Positions 1 to 9,008 of a stretch of DNA of 33,457 bases are shown piece after piece. How positions within the stretch are numbered: the stretch's first letter is position 1; the number at the start of each line of letters is the position of its first letter. Source of the stretch: Promethearchaeota archaeon (lineage in GTDB: Archaea; Asgardarchaeota; Lokiarchaeia; Sigyniarchaeales; SOKP01); assembly GCA_029838195.1 (NCBI GenBank), contig JALGVJ010000037.1, positions 1 through 33,457 of the forward strand. Reading direction: 5' to 3'. Both the position numbers and the translations under genes were made by a program. The notes below the pieces were generated by a model, which was given only the letters and a program-made list of their open reading frames with translations, did not search any database and had not been told where the DNA came from.

Positions 1-120
1 ACGGGTGGACGTGACGTTAAATTGAACGTCCTTGACCTTTCCATCATCGTCGATGACGAGCCGCAAGCCGCCATGCCCTTCTAATCGGGTTATGGGTTCT
101 ACTTCAATTTCTTTTACCAT
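1..120 (-). CDS. mvhA: [NiFe]-hydrogenase large subunit, group 3 (MvhA-like), N-terminal 40 codons only; continues off the window
   Basis: Not in the ORF track. Manual translation from ATG at 120 gives MVKEIEVEPITRLEGHGGLRLVIDDDGKVKDVQFNVTSTR, which carries the P-I-T-R-L-E-G-H motif of NiFe large subunits. It starts 2 nt after the small-subunit stop. Confidence 0.85.
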   Translation of the reverse strand, partial: MVKEIEVEPITRLEGHGGLRLVIDDDGKVKDVQFNVTSTR

Positions 121-122
121 GT

Positions 123-1445
123 TTATGCTCTACCTCTATATTTTTTATTTTCTGCTAAAGTGAATTTTTCAAAAGTTCCAAGAGGATCCTTCACTTGGGC
201 AAGTAAAGCATCTTTTGATAATGCTACATTAAAACCTTTTGTCACGGTATCAGCAAACCTCTCTGCTTGGTCAACGCCCGGCACGGTTTGACCATAACAA
301 CCGGTGCAAGGAGCATTAACCTTGATACATAAACCACCACAGCCAGCCCTAGTTAAGGGTCCCATGCAAATGTATCCTTGTTCAATTAAACAATCGTCGG
401 GATTTGGGAGTCCTTCGTAATCTCTCTTGACCTTTTCCATCTTCATTCTGCCCCGAATGCGAGGACATGTATCGCATACATTAGAAATTTCATGATAACT
501 AGGGTTATCTCGCAAGTATTGGAGTAAATTCGAGGCGATATCCAGTGTAGTAGATGGAATATTAGCTAAAGGCGTTTGTACTTGTCCTGTTTTCTTGATT
601 TGCTTTAAAATATCAGCCGATAAATCAAATCCTGCCATGAGCGGAACATTTAAGAACAAGGAAAGGAATTCATAAGTGTTTTTTTTGTCTCCAGAACTCA
701 TGGAAGCAATATTTTTTGTCATCTCCTTTAATTTTTCTGCTCTAGGAGCCACATTTATAGCGGGTCCAAAGCAACCCACGCAAGGACTTCCCTCGCCAGG
801 ACATTTCAAGGAACAGCCAACGCTTGTTACGGGACCAAAACAAATAACTCCCGCGTCCAATAAACAACCACCAGTATTTAATGGGCATTCCTCGCAAAAA
901 GCTTTTTCATTCTGCGGAAATGCTTTTTGTCCTAATAAAAACTGAACCGCACTGATAATTGCTTCAGGTTTTGGTGGACATCCTGGTATGTAAGCATCAA
1001 CTTTAATGATTTCATCTACGGGTACGATTTTTGAAGCAAAACCAGGAACGTGTTCCGTGGGTTCTTTTGGATTTTCATTAGTAATCGATTCTGCTTCAAT
1101 AAATTTTCGCTTAATGCATTCTTGGATGTCCCATTGATTGGCTAATCCATGAACATTTCCATAGCAACTACAGCTTCCAAAGGCAATGACGATTTGGCTT
1201 TTCTGTCGGATGAGTTTCGTGCCTTCGATATCCTCGTTCGTTCGCAAGCAACCCTCTACGAAACCTACCACTATCTCGCCGTCTGCTCTTTCTTTCAAGG
1301 ATTCATACTTGTAATCTACTACAGCCGGCCAATAAACAATTTCAAGTTCTGGCAAAACTGTTAATAAGCCCAAATGGGCATTTAAGAGGCTTTGATGACA
1401 CCCCCAACAGTCAGAATTTTGCCAGAACGCAACTTTTACTGGCAT
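123..1445 (-). CDS. mvhG: [NiFe]-hydrogenase small subunit (MvhG-like, F420-non-reducing type) with duplicated C-terminal Fe-S domain, 440 aa
   Basis: CWGC, VEG, GSC and PGCPP proximal-cluster motifs, then two 8-Cys modules (CEEC..CLL..CFGP..GC..CP..PCVGCFG and CDTC..CLI..CMGP..GC..C..PCTGCYG). No Tat signal. Start moved to ATG 1445 (MPVKVAFW) because the upstream 52 codons are AT-rich low-complexity sequence. Confidence 0.85.
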   Translation of the reverse strand: MPVKVAFWQNSDCWGCHQSLLNAHLGLLTVLPELEIVYWPAVVDYKYESLKERADGEIVVGFVEGCLRTNEDIEGTKLIRQKSQIVIAFGSCSCYGNVHGLANQWDIQECIKRKFIEAESITNENPKEPTEHVPGFASKIVPVDEIIKVDAYIPGCPPKPEAIISAVQFLLGQKAFPQNEKAFCEECPLNTGGCLLDAGVICFGPVTSVGCSLKCPGEGSPCVGCFGPAINVAPRAEKLKEMTKNIASMSSGDKKNTYEFLSLFLNVPLMAGFDLSADILKQIKKTGQVQTPLANIPSTTLDIASNLLQYLRDNPSYHEISNVCDTCPRIRGRMKMEKVKRDYEGLPNPDDCLIEQGYICMGPLTRAGCGGLCIKVNAPCTGCYGQTVPGVDQAERFADTVTKGFNVALSKDALLAQVKDPLGTFEKFTLAENKKYRGRA

Positions 1446-1824
1446 ATTTTTCACGTTCAATAATTTATTTTTTAGATTATTTTTTTTTTTAATTTCTTGT
1501 ATCAAAGAAATATATTTGTATATTATTTCGAAAATAATTAAAAAGTTATTGTTAATTTGAGTGATAGAAAAAAGTGATATAATGATGACAAAAATGCCCA
1601 AATTTTACCATTTTTAATAATGCATGTTATTGTTTTGGATAATTCAAGAGTAAAAAAAGGAGGGTTTTTTTGATGAAATTAAAACTTTATGGTGAACTGG
1701 GAAGAAATGGAGATGAGCTGAAGGTAAAGGAGAGAATGAAAAGTGATTAATTGAATATTCTCGAGTAGTAAGGAGGGTAATGAAGAGGAAGAAATTAATA
1801 TAATATTAGGAAATGAGTGAAAAC

Positions 1825-2916
1825 TTATTGTGAGTATTTGTAATAAATGGCGCAAGTGCCTTCATGAGAAACCATGCACGGTCCGATTGGATTCAGGGGA
1901 GTGCAAGTAGTTTTAAACAATTTGCATTCATATGGATATATTTTTCCGGTCATTACTAAGTGGCACGAACATCCTGGAGGGATATCCATCGATTGTTTCA
2001 CTTGGATATTAAATTTTTCTTCGGCATCGTATTGTTTATATTTCGAATTAATTTTAAGACCCCCATCTAATACTCGTCCAATTCCCCTCCATGGGGATGA
2101 GATTTTTTCAAATACTTCTTTTATAATGTTTTGGGCTATTAAATTTCCTTCAGGTTTAACGACTCGAGAATACTCGTTTAACGTGTCATATTTTTTATCT
2201 CGAATGAGTTTTAACACCATGAAGAGTCCTAACAGCACGTCATTGGGCTCGAATCCTGTTATGACATTGGGAACGCGATAAGCTTCTGAAAATAATTTAA
2301 AGGGAGATAAGCCAATTATGCTGGCCACGTGTCCTGGTGAGATAAATCCATCAATGTTAAGCCTGTCAATACTCATTAAAAGTTCCAATGCTGCTGGAAT
2401 TAATTTATGGGCACATAAAACAGAAAAATTGGAGGGCGGATGAGAAAAGAGTTCATATCCAATCAAGGGAACCGTGGTTTCGAATCCAATGGCAAAAAAA
2501 ATAACATTTTTATTGGGATTGTCTCTTGCTATTTTAACCGCATCATGAGGGCCGTATATAATTCGAATATCTGCACCTTTTGCTTTAATTTCAGCAAGAG
2601 AAAGATTTGTAGCCGGCACGCGTATCATATCTCCAAAGGTCGTGATAATGGTATTTTTTCGCTTGGCAAGTAAAATAGCTTTATCAATATCAGCAGCGGG
2701 GCAGACACATACAGGGCATCCGGGACCAGAAATGATTTCCAAATCTGATGAAAGCAAGGAGCGGATACCGAATCTTGAAATGACATGTTCGTGCGTTCCG
2801 CAGACGTGCATGATTTTTATGGGACGACCGAGTTCTTTCATTATTTTATTTAGGGAGGCAACGATCTTTTTGGTAAACTCTTTGCTTTTTAGCGTGCTAA
2901 GGCCTGGGAAACTCAT
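1825..2916 (-). CDS. hypD: Hydrogenase maturation protein HypD
   Basis: MHVCGTHEH, GPGCPVC, GFETT, PGHV, GFEP and C-terminal CxC...C..F...CTP..PIGPCMVS.EGTC motifs. Confidence 0.97.
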   Translation of the reverse strand: MSFPGLSTLKSKEFTKKIVASLNKIMKELGRPIKIMHVCGTHEHVISRFGIRSLLSSDLEIISGPGCPVCVCPAADIDKAILLAKRKNTIITTFGDMIRVPATNLSLAEIKAKGADIRIIYGPHDAVKIARDNPNKNVIFFAIGFETTVPLIGYELFSHPPSNFSVLCAHKLIPAALELLMSIDRLNIDGFISPGHVASIIGLSPFKLFSEAYRVPNVITGFEPNDVLLGLFMVLKLIRDKKYDTLNEYSRVVKPEGNLIAQNIIKEVFEKISSPWRGIGRVLDGGLKINSKYKQYDAEEKFNIQVKQSMDIPPGCSCHLVMTGKIYPYECKLFKTTCTPLNPIGPCMVSHEGTCAIYYKYSQ

Positions 2917-3054
2917 TTTAACGAGGGATGCATTGTTAATATACTGATAATATGGAAAATATCTTAGATTTAATAAATAGAATGGATATGGAAATTAAGT
3001 CTTTCAAGAAGGAAAAAATTTTTAATGAGATTTATTCATTATACCTTATTAAAA

Positions 3055-4065
3055 TTAAGGTTCAACATAATATTTTCCTTCTTTCTTGTATACAAATCTA
3101 AGGAAGAGACCCGTGAGAAGTTTCATGAAGAATTTCATCATGGTTCTTTTGACGGGATTTTGCTTTAATCCGGGATAACCTTGAATTTTTTGAGCGGTGA
3201 TCTCGTGAAGGTGTTTCCAAGCGCGGATTGAAACATCCACAAACTTTTCAGGATCCAATACCTTTGAGGGCATTTGAATTTGGGGGGAATTGAGATCATT
3301 CGTGAGATACAAGCGTCCATCTCGCACGTCTTCTTCCTTGGAAGCACGAATTCGGACGGGATTATCATCAAATAATTCGGGATTCGTCAGATACACGGGT
3401 ACCAGGAGGTCCCAAATAATGGTATGGTCAATTTTGTGGATCATGCTCTCTAACCAGAGGGAATCTTCAAAAATTTGCCTGACATGTTTCGGCCAGAACT
3501 CTAGTTTTTTCAAGTGCTCCTTAGTAAAGGGCGCTTGCTTGCAGATATGACAATTGAAGACGGTTACCGGACAATCTGCCTGCAACACGTGAAAAGCTGC
3601 AATATCATCTCGCCTAAGATTTACGTCTTTAATTTTTGTACGCCCGATCGTGACGCGATCTTTAATAATACCGCCCATTAAGACGATTTCTTTTAAATTC
3701 TTAAAAAAATTGGGATCTAATTCTGCAGCACCTTTTAAATTGGTAAGAGGTCCCATGGCTAATAAGGAAATTTCTCCAGGATGAGCTACTGCTTGTTCTG
3801 CAAGGAATTTGGCAGCTTCTGTTGAGTAATCTCCTTTTTTAGCAGCACCTTTCAAGATGGGTATATCATCCCTACCAATAGCCCGCATGATTTTTTTCGT
3901 AGCTTTCATGACGTTATTAATATTACTATTTCCAAACACCGTTGTAATTCCAAGCAGCTCAAAATCCGGTACTCCAAGCACGTAATAGATTGCAAATCCA
4001 TCATCTGAGAACCATAACAGTTTTCCCATGGTATTATCGCAATCAATAATAATTTTTTTTTTCAT
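3055..4065 (-). CDS. Nucleoside hydrolase (IU-NH family)
   Basis: N-terminal DCDNTMG....DDG Asp cluster, LLGITTVFGN, MGPLTNL, VLMGG, and a late WD motif at the position of the family HD motif. Confidence 0.88.
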   Translation of the reverse strand: MKKKIIIDCDNTMGKLLWFSDDGFAIYYVLGVPDFELLGITTVFGNSNINNVMKATKKIMRAIGRDDIPILKGAAKKGDYSTEAAKFLAEQAVAHPGEISLLAMGPLTNLKGAAELDPNFFKNLKEIVLMGGIIKDRVTIGRTKIKDVNLRRDDIAAFHVLQADCPVTVFNCHICKQAPFTKEHLKKLEFWPKHVRQIFEDSLWLESMIHKIDHTIIWDLLVPVYLTNPELFDDNPVRIRASKEEDVRDGRLYLTNDLNSPQIQMPSKVLDPEKFVDVSIRAWKHLHEITAQKIQGYPGLKQNPVKRTMMKFFMKLLTGLFLRFVYKKEGKYYVEP

Positions 4066-4296
4066 GATTTTAATTCACTTCTCTACATGTAAAATAAAAG
4101 AGATGTAAAGGGTCAGTCTACATTAATTAATTTAAAAGGTTAGTAAAATTATTTGAGCAAAAATGAAGATTATATATTAAATTTTCGTAATTTTTACATG
4201 TTTGCTTTTAATTAAATCATGTTTAAGATATAAAAAAATGATGTTTAAAACCATTTTTTACACGTGAGAAATCACCAAGCTGCTTTTCCGATAAAC

Positions 4297-4378
4297 AATC
4301 ATCCATTAAAATAAATCATTATAATTTTCTCATGCTTCTATCTTGAACCAATAATTATCAATTGATTAATGGATGATT
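4297..4378. promoter_or_regulatory. 13-bp perfect inverted repeat in the divergent promoter region
   Basis: AATCATCCATTAA (4297-4309) and TTAATGGATGATT (4366-4378) are exact reverse complements, 56 nt apart. The regulatory role is inferred. Confidence 0.35.
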
Positions 4379-4570
4379 AAAATTAATATCAAGAATTTCA
4401 TGGAAAAATATAAACTTTTTCTTACTTTAAAAAGCGTTCCAAATCCAAAATTGACATGTTTGGAAGAAAAACTTATGAAAAATATTAAATACTGGTTATG
4501 AATTTTATTTGATAATGTTTAAGCATGAATCTTTTCATACCGTGGAACGAATAAAAAAGAGAGATTAATC

Positions 4571-5800
4571 ATGTTTCATGCGTTGGATGAAAAAACGGTT
4601 ACTGAATACATACTGAAATCTCCCATTGGAAATACAATTTTCGAAGGATTAAATGACTTGATTGGAGTAGATTTGGCAGAAGGCAACGTTAATCTTGTAT
4701 TTCGCGTGTATAGTAAGAGTAATCCTGAAAAATCCGTGATCGTGAAGCAAGCTCTTGATCATGCCAGGCGTTATCCCGATTTTAAAATGCCTCAAAAAAG
4801 AGCCGCTTTAGAAGCTGAAATGCTAAAAATCGAGAATAAATATTGTCCTGGCCTAGCTCCCGAACATTATTATCATGATGAGGAAATGTATTTGAACATC
4901 ATGGAAGATTTAAATAAACACGTGATCATGCGCGTAGGGCTCATGCAACAAGTAAAATATCCTAAATTTGCCGAGCATCTTGGTACGTTCCTAGCAAGAA
5001 CGTTGTTTTATACTTCAGATTTTTATCTGCCTTCTGCTGAGAAAAAAGAGATGGCAGCAAGAATCTTAAACACCGTCATGTGCAAAGTTACAGAAGATCT
5101 CATCTTTACAGAGCCTTATATCGATCATTCTAATAATCATTGGACGAAAGAATTAACACCCCATGTGAAAGCGATTAAGGCAAACAAAAAAATGCAAGCA
5201 GAAGCTTTAAAACTCAAAGAATCTTTCATGACGCATCAGCAAGCTTTAATTCACGGGGATCTTCATACAGGCTCCATCATGATAAATCAACAAGAAACGA
5301 AAGTTCTGGATCCAGAGTTTGCGTTCTTCGGCCCAATGGGGTTTGATATAGGGATGCTTTTAGCGAATTTAGTTATTAGCCATGGTTCGCAAGAGTATCA
5401 TGCGAAAGATGAAAACACGAGACAAGAATATCGGGAATGGTTATTACAAACCATTGAAGATACATGGAATCAATTCGAATCCGAATTTAGATACTTGATG
5501 GAATATAAAATTAATGACCAATGGCCCTCCGAACTATTTAAGGAAGAGTACGTGGCACAATTACTACGTGATACCGCTGGTTTCGGTGCGGCAGAGATCA
5601 TTCGCAGGACAATTGGAATGGCACACGTCCCAGATTGGTGGGAGATTCCGAGTGATAAAGAGCGAGCAGTTGCAGAAAGCATTGGGTTAAGCGCAGCGGA
5701 AGCATGGATGCTACATCAACATGAAGTTACGTCCATTAAAGAATTAGTTGATATGGTTCGGGAGGCTCGCCCTCATCCGGACGTTTTAAAAGCGAGGTGA
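4571..5800 (+). CDS. mtnK: S-methyl-5-thioribose (or 5-deoxyribose) kinase
   Basis: GNVNLVF, VKQAL, TEDLIFTEPY, HGDLHTGS, DPEFAFFGPMGFDIG and EIIRRTIGMAHV motifs of the MtnK family. Confidence 0.93.
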   Translation: MFHALDEKTVTEYILKSPIGNTIFEGLNDLIGVDLAEGNVNLVFRVYSKSNPEKSVIVKQALDHARRYPDFKMPQKRAALEAEMLKIENKYCPGLAPEHYYHDEEMYLNIMEDLNKHVIMRVGLMQQVKYPKFAEHLGTFLARTLFYTSDFYLPSAEKKEMAARILNTVMCKVTEDLIFTEPYIDHSNNHWTKELTPHVKAIKANKKMQAEALKLKESFMTHQQALIHGDLHTGSIMINQQETKVLDPEFAFFGPMGFDIGMLLANLVISHGSQEYHAKDENTRQEYREWLLQTIEDTWNQFESEFRYLMEYKINDQWPSELFKEEYVAQLLRDTAGFGAAEIIRRTIGMAHVPDWWEIPSDKERAVAESIGLSAAEAWMLHQHEVTSIKELVDMVREARPHPDVLKAR

Positions 5801-6870
5801 ATCAAGTGAGCACGTATAAGAGTATTGAATGGAAAGAGGATCGATTGGTTCTATTAGATCAGCGAGTCCTTCCTCGTGAAATTTCCTATATAGAATATAA
5901 GCATCATGAAGACGTAGCTAAAGCCATCAAGGATATGGTCGTGCGTGGTGCTCCTGCAATAGGCGCAACAGCTGCTTATGGCTTAGTCTTGGCCACGCGG
6001 GAAAAAGCCACGAAAGAACTTTCAGAACTTCGTAATTATCTTAGCAAGGCAGCAGAACTCCTCCAGGCAGCTCGTCCAACAGCAGTTAATTTATTTTGGG
6101 CAATTGATCGAGTTATAAAAAAAGCTCATGAGGATTCAATTAAAACCGTGGAGGATTTAAAAAAAGTCGTACTAAATGAAGCACATCAAATTGCGGAAGA
6201 AGATATAGAAATGAATAAAAAAATTGGATTAAATGCCTTGCCTTTATGTTCAGAGAAAGTTACCTTCATTCATCATTGTAATACGGGTGCCTTAGCGACG
6301 GTTGACTATGGTACTGCTTTAGGCATCATTCGTACGGCTCATGAACACGGAAGAGATGTATTTGTTTACGTGGATGAGACTCGACCCCGCTTACAAGGGG
6401 CTCGTTTAACTTCTTGGGAACTAAAGCAATTAGGAATAAAACATAAAGTCATTGTTGATGGAGCTTCAGGATACTTCATGGCAACCGGAAAAGTGGATTT
6501 AGTGACTGTTGGGGCAGATCGCATTGCCCGAAATGGAGATACGGCTAATAAAATTGGAACATACAATCTTGCAATTGTTGCAAAAGCCCATGATGTTCCT
6601 TTTTATGTAGCCGCTCCCACGAGTACAATTGATTTATCAATTGCCAACGGAAAAGAGATAAAAATAGAAGAACGCTCCGCTGAAGAGATAACAACGATTT
6701 TGGGTCAACAAATCACGCCTGATGACGTGAATGTTGCAAATCCCGCTTTTGATGTTACCCCGGCAAAGTATATTACAGGTATCATAACAGAGATGGGTAT
6801 TGCACGCCCGCCTTATGAAAAAAGTTTAACGGAAATGGTAGAACGTGCGGAAAATGAGAGAAAAAAATGA
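5797..6870 (+). CDS. mtnA: S-methyl-5-thioribose-1-phosphate isomerase
   Basis: LLDQR.LP, MVVRGAPAIG, ARPTAVNL, HCNTGALAT, ETRP.LQGARLT, GADRI..NGD.ANKIGTY and NPAFDVTP motifs. The start may be the in-frame GTG at 5806, which lies 5 nt after GAGGTGA. Confidence 0.95.
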   Translation: MNQVSTYKSIEWKEDRLVLLDQRVLPREISYIEYKHHEDVAKAIKDMVVRGAPAIGATAAYGLVLATREKATKELSELRNYLSKAAELLQAARPTAVNLFWAIDRVIKKAHEDSIKTVEDLKKVVLNEAHQIAEEDIEMNKKIGLNALPLCSEKVTFIHHCNTGALATVDYGTALGIIRTAHEHGRDVFVYVDETRPRLQGARLTSWELKQLGIKHKVIVDGASGYFMATGKVDLVTVGADRIARNGDTANKIGTYNLAIVAKAHDVPFYVAAPTSTIDLSIANGKEIKIEERSAEEITTILGQQITPDDVNVANPAFDVTPAKYITGIITEMGIARPPYEKSLTEMVERAENERKK

Positions 6871-7035
6871 ATTAATGAAACTACATGAGAACTTTCTAAA
6901 ATTTAACTTAAAGATTATTTTTCTTGATTTAATTTAAATGACAATTCATGAACAAGAATAAAAACGTTATCATTTAAAATCTCTACTAAATACAAATTTA
7001 CGATATAAATTTAAATAGAATAATAGGTTAAAAAG

Positions 7036-7992
7036 ATGCATTTTAATAGAGAAAAAACTTCGGTGTTAGATTCGAATTGGCAAGAAAGAGCTCGGCAAAT
7101 AGCTCATCGAGTTCGATGCAGGGTTTTAGAGCACGTGATTAAGAATAATGGGGGTTATCTTAGTCAAGCATGCTCTTCCGCCGAAACTTTGGCCACGCTT
7201 TATGTGAAAATAATGAACTTGGGGCCGAGTCAAGGTCCCATGATCCCTCAACCTTTTTCGGGAGTGCCGAGTGCTGATAATCCCGACTATTTCCGAGGAA
7301 GTGCGTATAATGGGCCAAAATCTCCGGAATTAGATCGTTTTTTCTTTGGGCCTGTCCATTATTCATTAGTACTTTATTCCGTGTTAATTGAAGTAGGAAG
7401 AATGGCTCCTAGCGCATTAGACCAATTCAATCAAGATGGAAGCACGGTAGAAATGATTGGAGCCGAGCATTCACCGGGTATAGAACTAACAAGTGGGAGC
7501 TTGGCTCAAACATTAAGTCAAGCGGGGGGGATTGCGTTGGCTCGAAAGCTAAAGGGAGAAACCGGCCGTTGTTGGGTATATCTTTCAGATGGAGAATTTC
7601 AAGAAGGACAAACATATGAAGCGTTTCAAGCTCTGGCATATTATAATATAGACAATATTGGCGTATATGTAGACGTGAACGGTCAGCAATGCGATGGGAA
7701 AATGACGGATGTCATGAATATTGAACCATTAAAAGAGCGGTTAGAAGCTTTTGGGGCCCGCGTCTTTAAAGTAAACGGACATGATGTCAATGAGCTTGCA
7801 GCTCCGGCAAGTCTTAAACCAGATGGAAGGCCACTTGTCGTCTTAGCTTATACAGATCCGTGTAGGGGGATATCATTACTGGAAGAGCGGAGGCCTCGCC
7901 TTCATTACGTGCGGTTCAAGAGTGAGGAAGAAAAACAGCGGTATATCGAATATTTAAAACTTTTAAAGAAAGAACTCGAAGTGGAGGTGTGA
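7036..7992 (+). CDS. Transketolase-like ThDP enzyme, N-terminal (PP-binding) subunit, non-canonical active site
   Basis: DRFF...H, PGIE.TSGSL.Q.LS.A.G.A, ThDP/Mg motif SDGEFQEGQTYEA...DVN..Q.DG, and VNGHD. Confidence 0.88.
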   Translation: MHFNREKTSVLDSNWQERARQIAHRVRCRVLEHVIKNNGGYLSQACSSAETLATLYVKIMNLGPSQGPMIPQPFSGVPSADNPDYFRGSAYNGPKSPELDRFFFGPVHYSLVLYSVLIEVGRMAPSALDQFNQDGSTVEMIGAEHSPGIELTSGSLAQTLSQAGGIALARKLKGETGRCWVYLSDGEFQEGQTYEAFQALAYYNIDNIGVYVDVNGQQCDGKMTDVMNIEPLKERLEAFGARVFKVNGHDVNELAAPASLKPDGRPLVVLAYTDPCRGISLLEERRPRLHYVRFKSEEEKQRYIEYLKLLKKELEVEV

Positions 7993-7995
7993 TAC

Positions 7996-9003
7996 ATGGA
8001 AATTTTAACTAAAGTTCACAATCATAATTTAGTTAAATGGGCAAGAGATAAGCCAGAAGTCGTAGTTCTTTCAGCTGATCTTACAAGCTCTACGGAAATT
8101 GATATGTTTCGAGAAGCATATCCCAATAGGTTTTTTTCAATGGGCATGGCAGAACAAAACATGGTGAGTTTTGCGGGAGGTCTCGCACGGGAGGGTTTTT
8201 ATCCCTTTATTCACACGTTTGCGGTCTTTATCTATAGACAAGCTTATAATCAAATCGTGTGCTCAGTTGCGTATCCAAATTTGCCTGTACGATTTTTTGG
8301 TTTTCTTCCCGGTATTACAACACCTGGAGGTATAACGCATCAAGCGATTGAGGATATTGCAGTCATGAGAGTAATTCCTAACATGACAGTTATAGAACCT
8401 GGGGATGCCACCGAAATCGAGACCATGTTGGATGTAATACAGGCAGTAAATGGACCCGTATACGTGCGCATGTTGCGAGGGGAAATTCCCCGTCTTTTTC
8501 CTCAAGAAGAGCCTTTTCGATTGGATGAGCCTCGCTTGCTTAGTACGGGCTCTGACATCACTGTATTTTCAAGTGGAATCTGCACTGAAGAGGCAATTAG
8601 AGCCATTAAAGTTCTTAAAGAATGTGGTGTTTCCATTCAGCACGTCCATGTTTCTACCCATAAACCTTTTAAAAATCCTTTAATTCTCGAGGGCGTGAAA
8701 AAAGCTAAGTATGGCATCATTACAATGGAGAATCATGCGATTTTGGGCGGTTTGGGAACAGAAATTGCTGAATTAATGGCAGACCATGGCGTGAGTAAAC
8801 AATTGATTCGAATGGGGTTGAAAGATTGTTTTGCTCATGGAGCTTCTCGTCATTATCTCATGAAAGAATATGGGTTTGATTCATTATCATTAATAAAACA
8901 AGTAGAAACCTTATTAGGAACTTCATTTAATATTTCCGAAGATGATCTTGCTGCTGTTCGGATTGAACCCATTCATAGTGATGCGAAACCAGAAGCTTTA
9001 TAA
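7996..9003 (+). CDS. Transketolase-like ThDP enzyme, C-terminal (pyrimidine-binding plus C-terminal) subunit
   Basis: LSADL..S, RFFSMGMAEQNM...A.GLA, TFA.F..R, THQAIEDIA.MR.IPNM.V..P.D, GPVYVR..R, ENH...GGLG. Preceded by a GGAGGTG ribosome-binding motif. Confidence 0.9.
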   Translation: MEILTKVHNHNLVKWARDKPEVVVLSADLTSSTEIDMFREAYPNRFFSMGMAEQNMVSFAGGLAREGFYPFIHTFAVFIYRQAYNQIVCSVAYPNLPVRFFGFLPGITTPGGITHQAIEDIAVMRVIPNMTVIEPGDATEIETMLDVIQAVNGPVYVRMLRGEIPRLFPQEEPFRLDEPRLLSTGSDITVFSSGICTEEAIRAIKVLKECGVSIQHVHVSTHKPFKNPLILEGVKKAKYGIITMENHAILGGLGTEIAELMADHGVSKQLIRMGLKDCFAHGASRHYLMKEYGFDSLSLIKQVETLLGTSFNISEDDLAAVRIEPIHSDAKPEAL

Positions 9004-9008
9004 TAGGG

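Noticed and set aside
1446-1601. 52-aa N-terminal extension of MvhG as a signal or membrane anchor
   Set aside because: Very AT-rich Ile/Asn/Lys low-complexity sequence with no Tat motif. Family similarity starts at MPVKVAFW, so this is probably promoter DNA.
7981-7998. In-frame TGA-TAC-ATG junction suggesting selenocysteine or readthrough fusion of the two transketolase halves
   Set aside because: A GGAGGTG ribosome-binding motif sits just before the second ATG, split transketolases are common, and the site is not a Cys position. The same stop+3 nt+ATG spacing occurs at carA/carB and hisF/hisH.
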